DNA from: Vermamoeba vermiformis
Taxonomy: Eukaryota
Assembly: GCA_045837725.1 (NCBI GenBank)
Contig: JBEWZL010000163.1
Location: forward strand, 186,001-250,000
Direction of reading: 5' to 3'
Length of the DNA stretch: 64,000 nucleotides
In this document: piece after piece, positions 1 through 14,100 of the stretch
Layout: each line of letters opens with the position of its first letter
How positions within the stretch are numbered: the first letter of the stretch is position 1
Notes under the pieces: model-generated
The model's input: only the letters and a program-made list of their open reading frames with translations
Databases searched by the model: none
What the model was told of the DNA's origin: nothing
Made by a program: the position numbers and the translations under genes

Positions 1-665
1 ACGGGTTAGTACGATCTGAACTGATCCGGAGAAATTACGGAGTGTCGAGCACTTTGATTCAGCATATACAAAATATGAACCAGTTGGGGTATTTGCATTT
101 CATATCATGCACTTATATTTAAAGATAAAATGCGAAAGAGAATTCAAGGCCGGCACAATGGATTCGTAACAGAAGCTACGGAAGTTTCTGATGTAGATAG
201 ATATACATGACTTACGTTAAAGAATGTGTGGAAGGCATCAGTATCAACGCCGCGAAGTATTCCCCAAACTTTCCATCTGTTAAGAAATTTGATTAGTACA
301 GTGTGGATGGTTTTAATTAAACAATTGATTGCCTTGATAATTACAAATATTGTCAAAAATAGTGCAAAAGCTATCTATTTTTCAAAATCTGAAATTTGTT
401 GGATTTTAGAAAGTAGTTGAAAAAACTTCCGAAAAATAACGCACTTGTAGAGGCCACTCTCTTTATCAAGTTGTCTCCATATTTTCAGGTGATCTTTTGC
501 TGGATCCTTTGGCGTGTAAGAAAGAAAACTCTCCCAAGCCGGATCTACACTTTGCACGTTCTCAGCAAAGGACAAGAACTCATTGAATGCGTCCTCGAAG
601 TCCTTCTCGACAATAATATTCGCCAAGTCGATGGCTTGAGGGGTCGGCTGTTCTTGTTTCTCCAT
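1..665 (-). CDS. START-domain lipid-transfer protein (PCTP/STARD2-like), 5' part; continues beyond window start
   Basis: Exon 1 (MEKQEQ...KESGLYK) splices to WKVWGILRGVDTDAFHTFFN (~216-276), resembling the PCTP GLYEYKVFGVL segment. The next intron has a TACTAAC branch point at the window edge. Confidence 0.6.
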
Positions 666-895
666 TGCCTTCGTAAAATTACAATAACTTGTCGCACGAC
701 CAACTTACTATGCACTTGCCTTTTTTGGTAATAAGCATTATTTTCGCAAACTACATCTGTCTCATCGTTCAATGGTACGCAGCAGATCGTGTTTGAGTTC
801 GAGTTCATTTGACAGTATTTTACAAAATTACAAGCGAGAGATGGCCGTTGACTGCGCACCAGCGCTCTCCCAAATTAGGCAAGGGGTAGTTGCCA

Positions 896-3448
896 TTAAA
901 GGAAGGCAATTTCACCTTCAGGACTCAGTGATTCGGGCAATGATTGTCGCCGCCGAGGGTCTTTTTTGCCCTGCAGTGTGAAGTTCTTAAAGCCCTCTGG
1001 CAGCGCAGTGCCTTCACTCGCTGCATCGGCCTGTGCCACTCCATTCACGTGCGTGGTACTCGCGGTGTTGTTGATGTTCGTGTTGTTCATATTCACACCT
1101 TTCATCCGCGCAGCATTCTTCAGTCGAATGTCGTTGTACTTCTGAAATGCATTCGCGTTCCACGAGCGTTGTTGCACGAGGACTTTGGCACCCGTGACAG
1201 CGTGTGAGGGCGGCACTTGACCCTGCTGATAGTGCGGGTTGTTGAAGCTGTACGGTGTGGCGCCATTGAGATCGCTGTCGGACTGTGAGCGGAACATGCC
1301 TTTGCCTCCGCGCTCGAACAGTCGCAGCACGCGTATTGACGAGGCATTTGTTCGCTTCGCAGCCACGACTACGAGGGGCTGATCACCGTCCATCGGCTCA
1401 GCTTCAGGTGAGGGCTCAATAGCGACTGGTACGAGAGGCATTGAAGTCGGGCCTTGTGAAATCTCAATGCGCGGACTCTGCGGTGTGATGCGCGGTGAGC
1501 TGGAGCTCTCTTTGTGCGGTGACTTGGTGGGCAAGTGTACGTCCAACACTTCAAACGCCGCGAGTTTCTTGAAGTCTTGCAGCTGCGAGGCATTCAACTT
1601 GAGCACACTGAACTCGCGCTCTCGTGAGGACGATCGATTGCGACTGTGCATGTTGAGCGACTTGAGCCCTGGTTGAAGGGACTCGAGATCATCGCGCGAG
1701 GTCTCTTCGGCCACTTGTTCGAGCGGCTCTTCTTCTGCACCCTCGGCAATGGCTTCAAAACTGCTCGAGGTCTTGTTCCTCTTGCGCGCTGATCGCTTGG
1801 TCTTCCGCTTGGGCAGATTGTTCTTGCCGCCTGGCGTGACAGGATTGGCTGATCGAGGATGAGTCACGTGATCTCAATGTGCGCGATCAATTACCATGTT
1901 TACCTGAGCTGCTCTGACTCGGACTCGTGTTCGTCACGGTGTTACTTCGCTCACGACCCTTCACGACTGGGCCTGGCGTGTGCGCCTGTTCGACGTTAAT
2001 ACGAGCAGCATGGACTAGTCGCTGCATGTACGCACCTTCTCTTCTTCTTTGACGGTGGTTGAATAGCGCAGTTTGAATATAGAGGCAGCGAGCTTGGAGT
2101 CGCTGATGGACTTCTTCTTCTTGGGCGTCACTTGTTTTTTGTCTTTTTTCAACTCGCCCACCCAATTCGTATTGATAGCCGAGGAGGAGGCTAAGGCGCG
2201 CAACATTGGTCGTTGCAACGTTGGTACTTGCATCCACGGATGTTGTTCAATGTCTTTCATTTTGGCGCGCTCTTGTACATTGGGATTCAAAATGCGACCA
2301 ATCAGATCGCGACATTCAGGACTAACATCTTTAGGTAATTTGTGCATTCGACCAGCTTTGATGCGCTGGTACACTGAGTAGTCGTTAATGTCTTTAAATG
2401 GCAATTTGCCTGAGACCATAAAGTACAATAATACACCTAATTAGGCAAGTGGTTAGTCCGAGCTTGAAGTTATCCTCCACACAATCCATGCAAGGTATTA
2501 ATCGCTATTAATTAATGTGAAATTCTACTAAATGCGGAAATATATACAGTGCAGAGAATGAAAATCATCATGAAAAAAAAAGCGTACCCAAAGACCAGAT
2601 GTCGACTTCAGGGCCTGTATAGCTGATGCCAGACAATACTTCGGGTGCTGCATAATCTAACGAGCCACAATAAGTCTCCAATTTAGATCCGGGATGGAAT
2701 TCACTTGAAAAGCCCCAGTCTCCGATCTTGACGTTGTTCATTTCGTCCAAGAATATATTTTCTGCTTTGATATCGCGGTGCACTATGTAATGTCGGTGGC
2801 AATAACTCACACCGGACACTATTTGAGCGAACATTCGCTTCGCATCTGCCTCGCGCAGTTTATTCTTCTTGGATGCCGTTACGAAGTTAAATAAGTCACC
2901 TCCTAAAGGATAAATTCGTGGATTAGGCCCCAAACATGATAATGCGTTATTTTAACTAATTTCGTGTTTAAGAGGCACGAAGACCAGTTCGAAACATTAA
3001 TTAATTAACTTACCAGCGGCAAATTCCATGATCATGCAGATCTCCTTCTCGTTTTCGATAACTTCGTACAATTGTATCACGTGATCGTGGTGCAAGTACG
3101 TCATTACTTCTGCTTCCGTCATGATTGAATTGCGTTCTACCACATCCAAAAAGGATTTGTCGATAATTTTGATCGCGACTCGTTTTTTTGTTTTTACGTG
3201 CTCTCCTAATTTCACTAAGCCATATTTGCCACTACCGACCTTCCTAATTACTTTGTATTTTCCAATTTGTTTCTCGAAAACAAAATCTGTAAGCACAAAA
3301 AATTAGAATTGTGATGCGTTTCGAAAAATATTCTCCGTTCGTCTTCTATCGCTCTAATACCTTTCCTATTCTGCTCTGGATGATGTATTAATTTTCTGAA
3401 CTGGTCTCTGGCTAATACAAGATGGCCAGAGGTTGTATTATTTGCCAT
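896..3448 (-). CDS. SNF1/AMPK/MARK-like (CAMKL) Ser/Thr protein kinase, multi-exon, long disordered C-tail
   Basis: Motifs GSGKYG, VAIKII, HRDIKAEN, DWG (DFG variant), TYCGSLDYAAPE and DIWSLG. The 3' end is uncertain because a further short exon ending near 820 is possible. Confidence 0.9.
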
Positions 3449-3694
3449 TTATTAATGTTCAACGAGATGCAACACCAAACTGAGGTCAAAATAGCTACTG
3501 TACTATCGCCTATTGTCACTGTATCGTCCCCAATTAATACGCGTGCATTCTAAGGGCTGGTGAGCTTACCCTCGTGTTCTCGTGCTTCATCCGTTAGTGA
3601 GGAATATTTCTCAACTAAAACCAAAACCAATTTGTAATCCCGCACTGACACTCGACCACAACCACTTAAATAGTATTGTATATCCACATTAATC

Positions 3695-4462
3695 ATGTTC
3701 ATACCCCCATTGCGCTCAGTAGACGAGATGTTTGGCAAGAATGGCTGGAAAGCTCCAGCAGTACGTCTGAATCTGCTTGATATCTGCGGCTAGTGTTTTA
3801 ATAGATTATATTCATTGTAGGACGTGCAAGTAGCATTCTCCCGACTGAAGTTCAACTTTGAATATTATTTGGCTAATTATCTCCTCGCTGTGTTTGCGTT
3901 CAATCTGCTCATGTCGATTATGTAAGTCTTCAAATGATATAAATTGGTTATAATTATTAATACAATATATTAGTGCGCAGAGATCAGGCTACGCTGCTTA
4001 TTTAGTCGTAATTTGCGGTGTCTGCGCCGGATCTTTTACACAGGTTATCAATATTAAAGGCCGAGTGCTGTCTGACGTTGAAAAAGTTGGAATTTCGGCA
4101 TTATGTAAGCACGTATTAATATTAGAATAGGATTTAAATTTTACGAGTCCATTCACAACAAATTGAATTGCAAAAGATTCTCATCTGATTGATGCGCGCA
4201 CTGACCACTATTCTCGTGCCTAGTGCTGCTGTTTGGCTTTTATGTCACCAATAACTCGCGCTTCTTCTTCATTTCATCGCTCTTGGCTCTAGTCAGTACG
4301 TACCGAACACATCTGTATCTCGCGTACAGCACCTTATACTCACTATTGCTAGTCTGCGCGGGGCATGCAGTGATGCGCGACAGAGCTCTGCACAAGAAAG
4401 TGTCCAAACTGATTGACGGCGTGTCGAATGACTTGAAGGAGCTCGATAAGAAGTCGAATTAA
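3695..4462 (+). CDS. PRA1-family (prenylated Rab acceptor / PRAF-like) membrane protein
   Basis: Spliced reading MFIPPLRSVDEMFGKNGWKAPA|DVQVAFSRLKFNFEYYLANY, hydrophobic segments and a C-terminal HAVMR; these match the PRA1 motifs R-x-x-x-N-x-x-YY-x-x-NY and HAxxR. Confidence 0.75.
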
Positions 4463-4599
4463 GTGCACTAGGGCTGACTTATTTAGTATTAATACTTGTT
4501 CATAGTACCATCAATATCTGTTCATTATTAATAAATATTATTTATCTTATTGCTACACCGACTGATTAAATTATTAGCGCATTATCCGCGAGCAGACGA

Positions 4600-5746
4600 T
4601 TAATTAGCAGTCTGTTCAGCGTGCTCTTGGCCCTCAACATCATCACTCTCTTCTTCGCCCTCTTGGTTGTTGTTCGACTTGAAGCTCTCTTTGATCTTCT
4701 CCCACATGTTCTCTTTGCCGAATCTGGCCAAAAAGTCGTGAATGAAATTGTCAGACTTGTGCACCACTTCATCGACCTCCTCTTTGACCTTCTTCTTAAT
4801 CTTGTCCAATTTGTTCTCTAACTTGAGACGTTGTTCCTAAGCACATCCAGTCAGTTATATGACTTATAATAACGCTATTTTTAGCCGCACTGTACCACGC
4901 ACCTTGACAAAGCCAATATTCATCTGTTTGCCCGAGTAGCCGCGCGCGAGATTTCTCTTGACGTAATCGTTGTACTGCGACAGAATTCTGTTGATCAGAT
5001 CTGAGGTGGAAATGCCATCAGTGCGCTTGATGGTGCGGAACTTGCCGGCCTCTTTCAGCCACGCGTACACATCATTGCCGTTCTCATCGACACTCAAGTC
5101 CTCGCCGTGCACCACAATGTCGATCTAGAGGCACCGCGTTAGTATGCAAGTACGTTGGGACCTTAACCAACCATTGCGATAGTAATATATGCATATAAAT
5201 ATATATGATACATCGCTACTAGTGCGTACCTTGTGTTTTTCAATAAATTCTGGCGTTAAGACCCACGGTGAATTCTCGATCACTTCGTCCACATACTTGC
5301 AGTGTCGCACGGATTCAGCGCGCTCCTTCTCATTCATCACAGTAGGGCCTTTAATCTTCCACGTGTCTTCATCACTCGCCACTGCAGGGTGCGCATTAGT
5401 ACGTTTGTTGATTTTTTGAGATATTTCGTGAAAATTAATAAACGTTTTCAGCGCAGTGCTCGATTACGAATTAAATAATATGTATATTTTTTGTATTTAA
5501 TATTGCATCATATTAATTGAGTCTTAAATTACCTCCAACAACGAGGAACGCATTTGGCACAACTTCTCTGGCTTGCTTTAATGATTTAGCGTGACCGTAA
5601 TGGAACATATCGTAGACACCATCGGCGAACACTCGTAATTTACGATTGGGATCGTCGGCTTGTGTGGCATCTGCTTCGGTCTTCTGCTTCTTAGTAGCGG
5701 TGGGCGATTGTTCTCCGAGATCTGACTTTCTCTTGCGTCCAGACAT
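4600..5746 (-). CDS. PCYT1: Choline-phosphate cytidylyltransferase (CCT)
   Basis: Motifs [15 protein letters not shown] (HxGH), [21 protein letters not shown] and [10 protein letters not shown] across 4 exons. Confidence 0.93.
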
Positions 5747-5972
5747 GTTGTCGTGTGTATATGTTGCTAAGTGTTAGTGTTGATTGTGAACAAAGAGCGA
5801 TTTTATTTCCGCGGTGAGACCTCGCCTCTATTGGCAGGTCATATCGCCCTTCCAATTTTCACAGTCTTTTATTTTCTTATTTGAACACGTACTGGCCATC
5901 GTAATTGCAGAGCGGTAGCGTGCTAATTCCCAGCACGAAACAACAAAGACTCAACGCAACTGATTGTCAGCA

Positions 5973-7658
5973 ATGGCGGAAGATGGAGCCAGCACGAGCG
6001 AAAACAAGCGGATTAGATATCAGGAGAGGTAGATAGTGATGAAACAACGATTAGTATATAGTACAGTCGCTAATCATAATGTTGGACAGAATTAAAATGT
6101 TTGAAGATGAGATAGCCAAACCGGTACTCGATCTCAAAAAAATAAGAGAAATTAGTTTTTATGGTACGTGATTTTATTTGTACTCATAAACGCCAAATTT
6201 ATTCGTCTTAATTGAGCACGAAAAATATTAATTTCAAATAACCATTTTTCGATTTTTATTGCCGTTATTTCGTACTAAAATATTTCTATAGGCATACCAG
6301 AGGGCAGTTTACGCGCGCTATATTGGAAGGTATTTGATCCATAGTCTCAAACACCCCTCACACGATTGACAGGTGCTGCTCAATTACTTGCCACTCAAAC
6401 AAGCGCTGTGGCCGAGTGACTTGCAGAAGAACAGACAGCTCTATCAAGAGTTCAAAATAGAACTCATTGTCAATCCGCGCAAGGACCACGCGGCCTCTAC
6501 AGTCGCCAAGCCCCAACAGGTCGATGATCACGTAAGTTAGTTCACTTCATTCAGTCCAAGTGCGTGTTTGACACGTGTCATTCAGCCACTCTCGCGCAAA
6601 CACGACAGTCAATGGAACACGTACTTCAAAGACAATGAAATGATCGCTGACATCGAGAAAGATGTGCGGCGTACATTTCCTTATTTGCACTTTTTTCAAC
6701 AACCACACAACGACGCGGACACACTCGATCTCTTGCGCTCAACACACACCTTGGCAGGTCCGCGCGATGAGAGTGAGGGCAACATTCACTACATTGCACT
6801 CAAGCGAATATTGTTCATTTGGTGCAAGCTCAATCCCGGCATCAGCTACGTGCAGGGCATGAATGAAATAGTGGGACCGATTTATTATTTGTTTGCCACC
6901 GATGCAGCTACTGAGTGGCGAGGTACGGTGCGATTTTCATATCGACGAGTGAATGACACGTGTCATATTTGCAGAGCACGCAGAGGCTGACGCGTTCTTC
7001 TGCTTCACGAATCTGATGGCAGAGATACGCGACAATTTCTGCAAGAGTTTGGACAGCTCAGACATGGGCATTGTGAATCGCATTCACCAAATGAACGAAC
7101 TGCTCAAACAAAAAGATCTCGAGCTGTGGCAAGATCTCGAACAGAAGAAGTTGAATCCTCAATTTTACAGCTTTCGTTGGCTGACACTGCTGCTGTCACA
7201 AGAGTTTGAACTGCCTGACGTGTTGCGACTGTGGGACAGTCTGTTCAGCGACACCAACAGATTCGAATTCTTGTTGTACGTGTGTTGTGCCATGTTGATG
7301 TAAGTACACTGTTCGCGCTCTAGTAGGTCACTGACACGTGTCATTCAGTGCTGTGCGCGAGAAGTTATTCAACGGTGATTTTGCAGAGAATTTAAAGATG
7401 TTACAGGTACTTCGCAATACTCTTTGGCATCTGTCACGACTAACCTCTTCACAGCAATATCCCCCGACAGATCTACATGCAATTATTACACTCGCGACGG
7501 AAGTTAAAGAACAGAGTTGGCGCGCACCTCCCCGCCAAGAGCGCAAAGGAGCCAGTCTAGTGCCGCACATGCCGAAGAATTCACCGCCCAATTACAGTGC
7601 TGCGGGCAGTCCTCCGACATCGCACGCGCACAACAGTGGTAAAGTGTTCAATTTGTGA
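5973..7658 (+). CDS. TBC-domain Rab GTPase-activating protein (TBC1D13-like)
   Basis: Motifs IEKDVRRT, YVQGMNEI, EADAFFCF and FRWLTLLLSQEF..PDVLRLWD. Confidence 0.92.
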
Positions 7659-7795
7659 AATAAATCTGCGAATATATAACCGTTATATCATAGGACTGGT
7701 ACTCTAATCTTTTTAATTTGCATTTTAATTTATTTTCGCACAATCGGTCACTTTAAACAAAATTTGAGAGATCACTTCATATGCCAGTCTCTCGC

Positions 7796-9691
7796 TTATT
7801 TTGAGGCAAAAGTCACCATACCAACGTCACCAGATTGGAAGGAGTCAGCAGGGACTTGGAACACTTTGAAGATGGGCTTATTGGGGTCCTTGATGGCCAA
7901 GTATTTGCCGGGCTCGAGTTGGCTGAATTGATTGACCAAGTAGCGCAATGAGCCGAACAACTGATTCAACGGCAACACCATTTGACCGGCGAGATCGAGA
8001 GGTCCGTACGACTGCACACCAACAACACCGTGCGTGCTCGGATCACGAGGGTTGTATCGAGCTACAAAGCCGAGCAAAACATTCTGCACGCCAGCCAAAT
8101 ACGACTGTGCGACAACACGTGCCAAGCGGTGGCTGTTGTTCTTAATTTCAGTGGCAAACACTGCTCCACGTTGTGTCTCGTAGCGTCGTCGCCAATCACC
8201 AGTGACGCGAGGATCGTACTCGAGCAAGCAGCGCACATTGACGAGGTTGGGCTGTGCGTCGTTCTCACCGGGCAAGTAGCAGTCGACTTCAGTGCGAGCA
8301 ATGACCGTGATGTCACCGAGCTTCCACTTGCGGTATCGGTAGCCAGCAGAGGCCACTGGCGTGCTGTCACCAGGGGTCACGAAGGGGTTGGGCTTGTCGA
8401 ACTTGAGCGGTGTGGCCTGTGCAGTCTTGTCGAGCACTTGCTGTGAGAAGTTGTGGTTGATGATCGTGGCCTCTTGACTCAACGACGCAGGGGTGTTCGA
8501 GAGCTCGTCGTTGTCAGTGGGTGGATCGTTGCTGTTCTCGTTCACAGTCACAAAGTCTAGCGAGGTGTCAGCAATGCTTCGAACACGTGACAGCAGACTT
8601 ACCAAATTTGGAATCATCGCGCTTGTCAATGATGATCTTGTTGTCAGCAGTCTTGGTGACGACGAGGTCCCAGCTGTAAACTGAGCGCGTCACAGTCATC
8701 AGCGCGGCCAAGATAGCGTCGGTGGCAATCACGGTGACATTTTCACCTCCAGGGGCATCGATATATTGACGGAGAATAGGATCGTCGCTGGTGGTGACTT
8801 TGAAGAAAGTGCGCTCAGCAAACCAATTCTTTTCGAGGGTGCGTTCATTCTTGGGACCAATCACGCGATACGCTTTGTTGAGGGGCTCGAGCACACCGGC
8901 AGATTTGAGGTCTTCAACGGACTCGGGCATCATGGCCAAGGTATTCTGTTGCTTGGTCAATGTCATGAAATCAATTTCCTTCACTGGATCTCCCCACTCA
9001 GGGCGAATCTCGATCGAAGGCAGTGTTTTGTTCATCATCATGTTCATCGTGTTGGTACGACGATAAGTGCTGAAATTTCTGTTAACTTGGAATCGTCCTC
9101 GTTGATTGAAGCCTCCACGTTGATTGAAACCTCCGCGACCTCTGTTGGATTTAGAAAAAAAAAAATAATTTAGATCATTGATTGTGGCTCAGTCGATTAT
9201 CAATCGTAGTGTTGAAATGACCATTACCTTCTGTTGCCTTGATTTTTGTTGTAATATTTGTTGTAACCCTTTTTCTGTGCATAAGCAGGTTTCGTATCCA
9301 CCATTTGGAAGTCTTCTTCATCTTCCTCTTCGAATACATTGAATGCGGTGGCGACTGCTTGTTGAGTTCTCGCTGAAATTATGGCAATAATTAACATCAC
9401 AGCAAAACTTTGAACGGCGATCAAAATATTTTGGATTAACCAAAGAATTTTTTTAAATAATACGCGCTAATTATAGATTGTTCAAAAATAATAAATACAC
9501 AATATTTTTCATTGATAGATCATACCTTGATATTGACGGCCGGTGTTAGTCCAATCTGCGGCTTTTCCTAACTTGTCGCTCTTACTGAAGGGTGCATAAG
9601 GCACGTTCTGAAAGAAGCTGGGCTCGCCTGAAGGACCCCAACCAGTTTCATTGTCTTGAAACTCGGGCAACAGTGCTGTAGTGGTGCTCAT
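7796..9691 (-). CDS. EIF3D: Eukaryotic translation initiation factor 3 subunit D
   Basis: Motifs QDNETGWGP, PYAPFSKSDKLGKAADW, TTSDDPIL, YRYRKW, QRGAVFATEIKNNS and KDPNKP. Confidence 0.95.
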
Positions 9692-9762
9692 GTTTGCGAT
9701 CAAAAACAAAACAACATTAACTCCTTGCATTCATACCACGCAACACAACGGAGATTTACGTA

Positions 9763-10997
9763 ATGGCAAATAGATTTGGTATTATATTCGATATCGATGG
9801 CGTATTGCTGAAGAGGTATTGTTAGTTGTTGGTGATCCAGATCAAGATCCGTCTAACGACGTTGAATTACAGCCACAAAGCCATCCCCGAAGCAAAGCAA
9901 GGTCTAAAAATATTAACAAAATCCACGACTCGGTATGTATTATCCTCATTCAGTTTGGTCTAGCTGTGCTAACTGCGCGGATCCAAGTCAAAATGCACCA
10001 TTCATCTTCGTTACAAATGACGGAGGTACCCCCGAACATATTAAAGCCGAGATATTGAGCAAGGAACTCGAGATTGAAGCACAAGGCGACTTTGTCTTCG
10101 CCTCTCACACACCCTTCAAACAGCTCGGCGAGACTTACCAACACGATCGCGTCTTGTTCGTGGGCAAGAAGCGCGAATATACCGCGGCTATAGCAGATAG
10201 TTGTGGTTTCAAGAACTACGTGCTGTTGGAAGACTTTGCCGCGCAGCATCCGCTGTTGTGTCCGTGGAACAAGTACGAGCAGACAGCCCCCGCCAAGGAC
10301 GATCAGCGCATCAAAGCGATCTTCATGACGCACGAGCCCGTGGACTGGGCTGAAGGACTGCAAGTGTTGTGCGATCTGCTGTTGTCTGCGGGACACTTGG
10401 ACACGCAGCAGTACAAGGACCACTGGCGTCAGCACTCGCAGATACCCATCTATGTGGCCAATCCTGACTTCACCTACTCCGCGCAGGTAAAGTACTGGCA
10501 TATATATATATATATATATATATATGTACCTCGATGGCTTGGACTGATCATGAGTGTATTCAGTACAAAGCCCCTCGCTTCACATCCGGTGCATTCTTGA
10601 TCTGCCTGCAGAACTTGTATAAGGTAATATCACAGCACTAAGCTGGGCGATGCACTCACATAGCACATCATTACAGGAACTAACGCAACGTGATCTCTCT
10701 GTCACTGTGTACGGCAAGCCATTCCCCGAGACCTACATCTACGCGCAAAAGTTGTTGCACCGCATGACAGGTTCAGACGAGCCCTTGAACACGGTGTATG
10801 CCATCGGTGACAATCCACTCTCAGACATCAAGGGCGGCAATTCAGTGGGCTGGTTCACTATTCTCGTGCGCACTGGCTGCTTCCAAGGCGGGGACAATGA
10901 TCCGGTGAATCCAGCGCAGTACGTGTGCAACACTGTACTCGACGCCATCTTGTTCATATTGGAGCGTGAGGGTGTTAAGAATGTCTTGGAGCAATAA
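9763..10997 (+). CDS. HAD-superfamily class IIA hydrolase (HDHD5/CECR5-like)
   Basis: Motifs FDIDGVLL, FVTNDGG, NPDFTY, YGKP, AIGDNPLSDIKGGN and ILVRTG. Confidence 0.9.
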
Positions 10998-11142
10998 ACT
11001 CTCGTTCTTGTTTCTCTTTCATTTGCAGCTGTCACGGATTTCGTACCCAGCCCGCCAAAATTTTCAATTATGAATTGATGTTCGCACTGTTCTATCGAGC
11101 ACAACACAATTAAGGATGAATTACAAATAAGATACATAGAAA

Positions 11143-14100
11143 ATGGTACGATTATCACCCAGAATACAGTATTATTAATGACAATTTCAGATCAACTTTC
11201 TTGCGATCAACGAAGAAAATACAAACAGCTCACAAAATATTTCTGCTTCGCCCAAAAATAAAAATGCGACGGAAGCACAAGTAAGTAAAATGTTAAAAAT
11301 ATTTTAAAAATATTGGCGTGCTAAGCGCGGATGCACCATTACCTAGGAAGCCAAGTTATTTCAGATCTACGACAAGGCAATCAAATACCAATACGACAAC
11401 AAATTCGACGAAGCACGCGAACACTACCAACAGGTGCTCGATCACGAGTTACTCGCGCAGAAGATGAATGCGCAATCGAGTCTGAGCAAGCTCAAGTACC
11501 TCACGCTGAAGAACTTGGCCGATGTCGAGTACAACTGCGCGCACTACAACGCTGCACTCGAACACATTGCGCGCGCTGTGGAGGTGGATGAGAGCGACAG
11601 TCAGATGTGGTACAAGCTCGGTCTGTGGGCCCTCGAGACCTATCAGCGCGACATTGCCCAGTCACGTGACAACTTGCTCTTGTTGGCGCGCTATTCGTTC
11701 GAGACTGGTGTGCGCATCAATCAAGAGGAGCGCGGGGTGTCGCACGATCTGCCCGCATTCAAGTACGACGACTTGCTCTACTTGGAACAGCTCATCGTAG
11801 TGCTCTATCTCATCGGTGATTGGCTCGCGTGTCAAGATGTCATTCACGCGGTGCTAAAAATAGATGCACGGCATGTACTCGCGCTCAAATTTCAAGCGCT
11901 GTTGAGTGGAAAGACTTCAGAGATGAGTGACTTGGAAGATGACACGTGTCAAATGGAGGACGAGGAAGTGATCTACGCCGATCACGTGATCAATGAACTG
12001 CAACACTTGCGCACCAAGCGTGTCAAAACAGGCCTCGAGACTGAGCGCTGGTCACACAATGACATGCACGTGATTGTTGAGTCAGAGACGAGTTTGACAC
12101 GTGCTGTCAAAGCTGTCACGTGGTTTGAACTCGTGTCGTTGATACACGTGACTTACACTGATCGATTGCGCAACCGCAAGAGGTACGTCGCGATCTTCAC
12201 TTTGACACCTGTCACACTAACTTGCACCAGAACTGACCGAGCACTATTCAATTTGCCGCTAAAAATAGAGCTGCCCGAACCAGTGCCCGTTACAAACACC
12301 GAAAACTCGTCTGCACCAAATATGGTAGTACCAGAGGCAAGCAATCAATCGCCGAATGTCCGAGCTAGCGAGGAGATCATGTTGATTGACAGCACGCCAC
12401 TGGAGCCAAATATAGAACAAGACAGCATGCTGACCACCACTGACACCAATCACGAGCCACTGTCCGAGGTGACGCAAGATGTGACACGTGACTCGACTGT
12501 CTTCCTCACTCCGCGCCACAAGACACCTGCCTCGATTCGAAGGTACGTGCAGCTATTTTTAGCACCACGTTTGCTGACCTCGCCAGATCACGACGCATTG
12601 ACGAGAAGAAAAAGAGTCGTCCTGAGATGTATCAGCACGTGATTGAATCTTTGCAGCTCATTGGTGCAATGAAGGTGCGCGAGGAGGTCAGTGAAGTGGA
12701 GCAGTCACGTGACGAGTCCAATCAACCGACCAATCCCGACGAGTCCTCAAATGTCACCGCGACCAGCAATGTGTTTGTGACACCTGTCAAAAAGAAGTCC
12801 GCACCAGTCACAGTGGCAGTCAGTGACCAGGAGCGCGAGCACGTGGAACAATTCATCAACCAGGGCAATGACGCGCAGTACTCGCTACTTTATTGGATGT
12901 GGCGCACTGTTGCGACCCTGGTCGAGTGTTGGACTAAAAAGGAAATTGGCTATCAACCTCAGTACAACGAGAAGATGGCAAATCTATTTTTAGCAACCAC
13001 AGAGATCGTAGAACGACACTTCAGCACGCAGTACGAACCAGCAGTGATGACAGGTGTCAGCTTTGTGAGTGCCGAAATGACACTTGATCTCGCGCTCCGA
13101 GCTACAAATGACACGGACCGCGCCAAGTACATGACACGTTGTGACACGTGGCTGCGACGACTCGAAAATAGTGCGGAATATCATGCAATCATGAACGGCG
13201 AACTCGCAGTGAGGTAAGCGACACTTTGACACTTGCACTCCTAACTGACACGTGTCAAAGACATGTCTGGATGAAACTCCGCATGAGTGAATTGAAGCGA
13301 AATTTCACTGCAGCAGTTGACGAGCTGAACGAGTGTTTGACATTGTTGAAAGCGAATGAGTCCAAGCCTGTCACATTGCCGCTGAGGTAAGTGTTTGACA
13401 CGTGTCAATATGACATTGACAGTACTTGACAGCAATGACCCGCGCGAGATCACGTGCGCCACAGTGGAGCAGAGGCTGCACGAGTTGGAGGGCGAGAAGA
13501 ATCAGCAAGTGGTGCGGCAAGTGTTCGAGCAGGGCGATCACGTGACCAGTGTCACTCAACTGACCGCGCTGCTGGCACACGAGGCAGAGCTGTTCGCACA
13601 CTGGAAGGACCATCTCAGCAGCCTCAAGTACGACCAAGCCAAGGCCCGCTACGACCTCTTGATGATGCTCTACAAGGTAAGTGTCAACCTGTACCGCGAT
13701 GTGTTGACACGTGTCACAGAGTCACCTCGCACTCAATCACCACGAGGACGCAGTGCGCACGCTGCTGCAAGTGCTGGAGTGTCACCGCTGCGTGTGCAAG
13801 TTGTCGCTGAACGATGACAGCAAGCGTCGTGTGCGCGGTCGCAGTGCCAAGACGAGCGAGGACAAGGACCAGTGGCTCACTCGCCTCGATCTGCTCGCTC
13901 AATTGGTGGAGGCCTTGAATCGCGGTAAGTGGACACGACTCACAACTATCACGAGTGACTGATTGACACGTGTCATTCTGCAGAGTCGGTGAGTGTCGAG
14001 CTGCTGTCAGAGATCAAACAGCTGATGGCCCTGCTGCTCAAGCCCGTGCTCAAGAACGCTGCGCTGCTCGATGACCGCGAGCTCGATCACCTCGAGTCCT

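Noticed and set aside
10500-10525. (AT)n microsatellite in a HAD-gene intron (also ~34530)
   Set aside because: Ordinary simple repeat.
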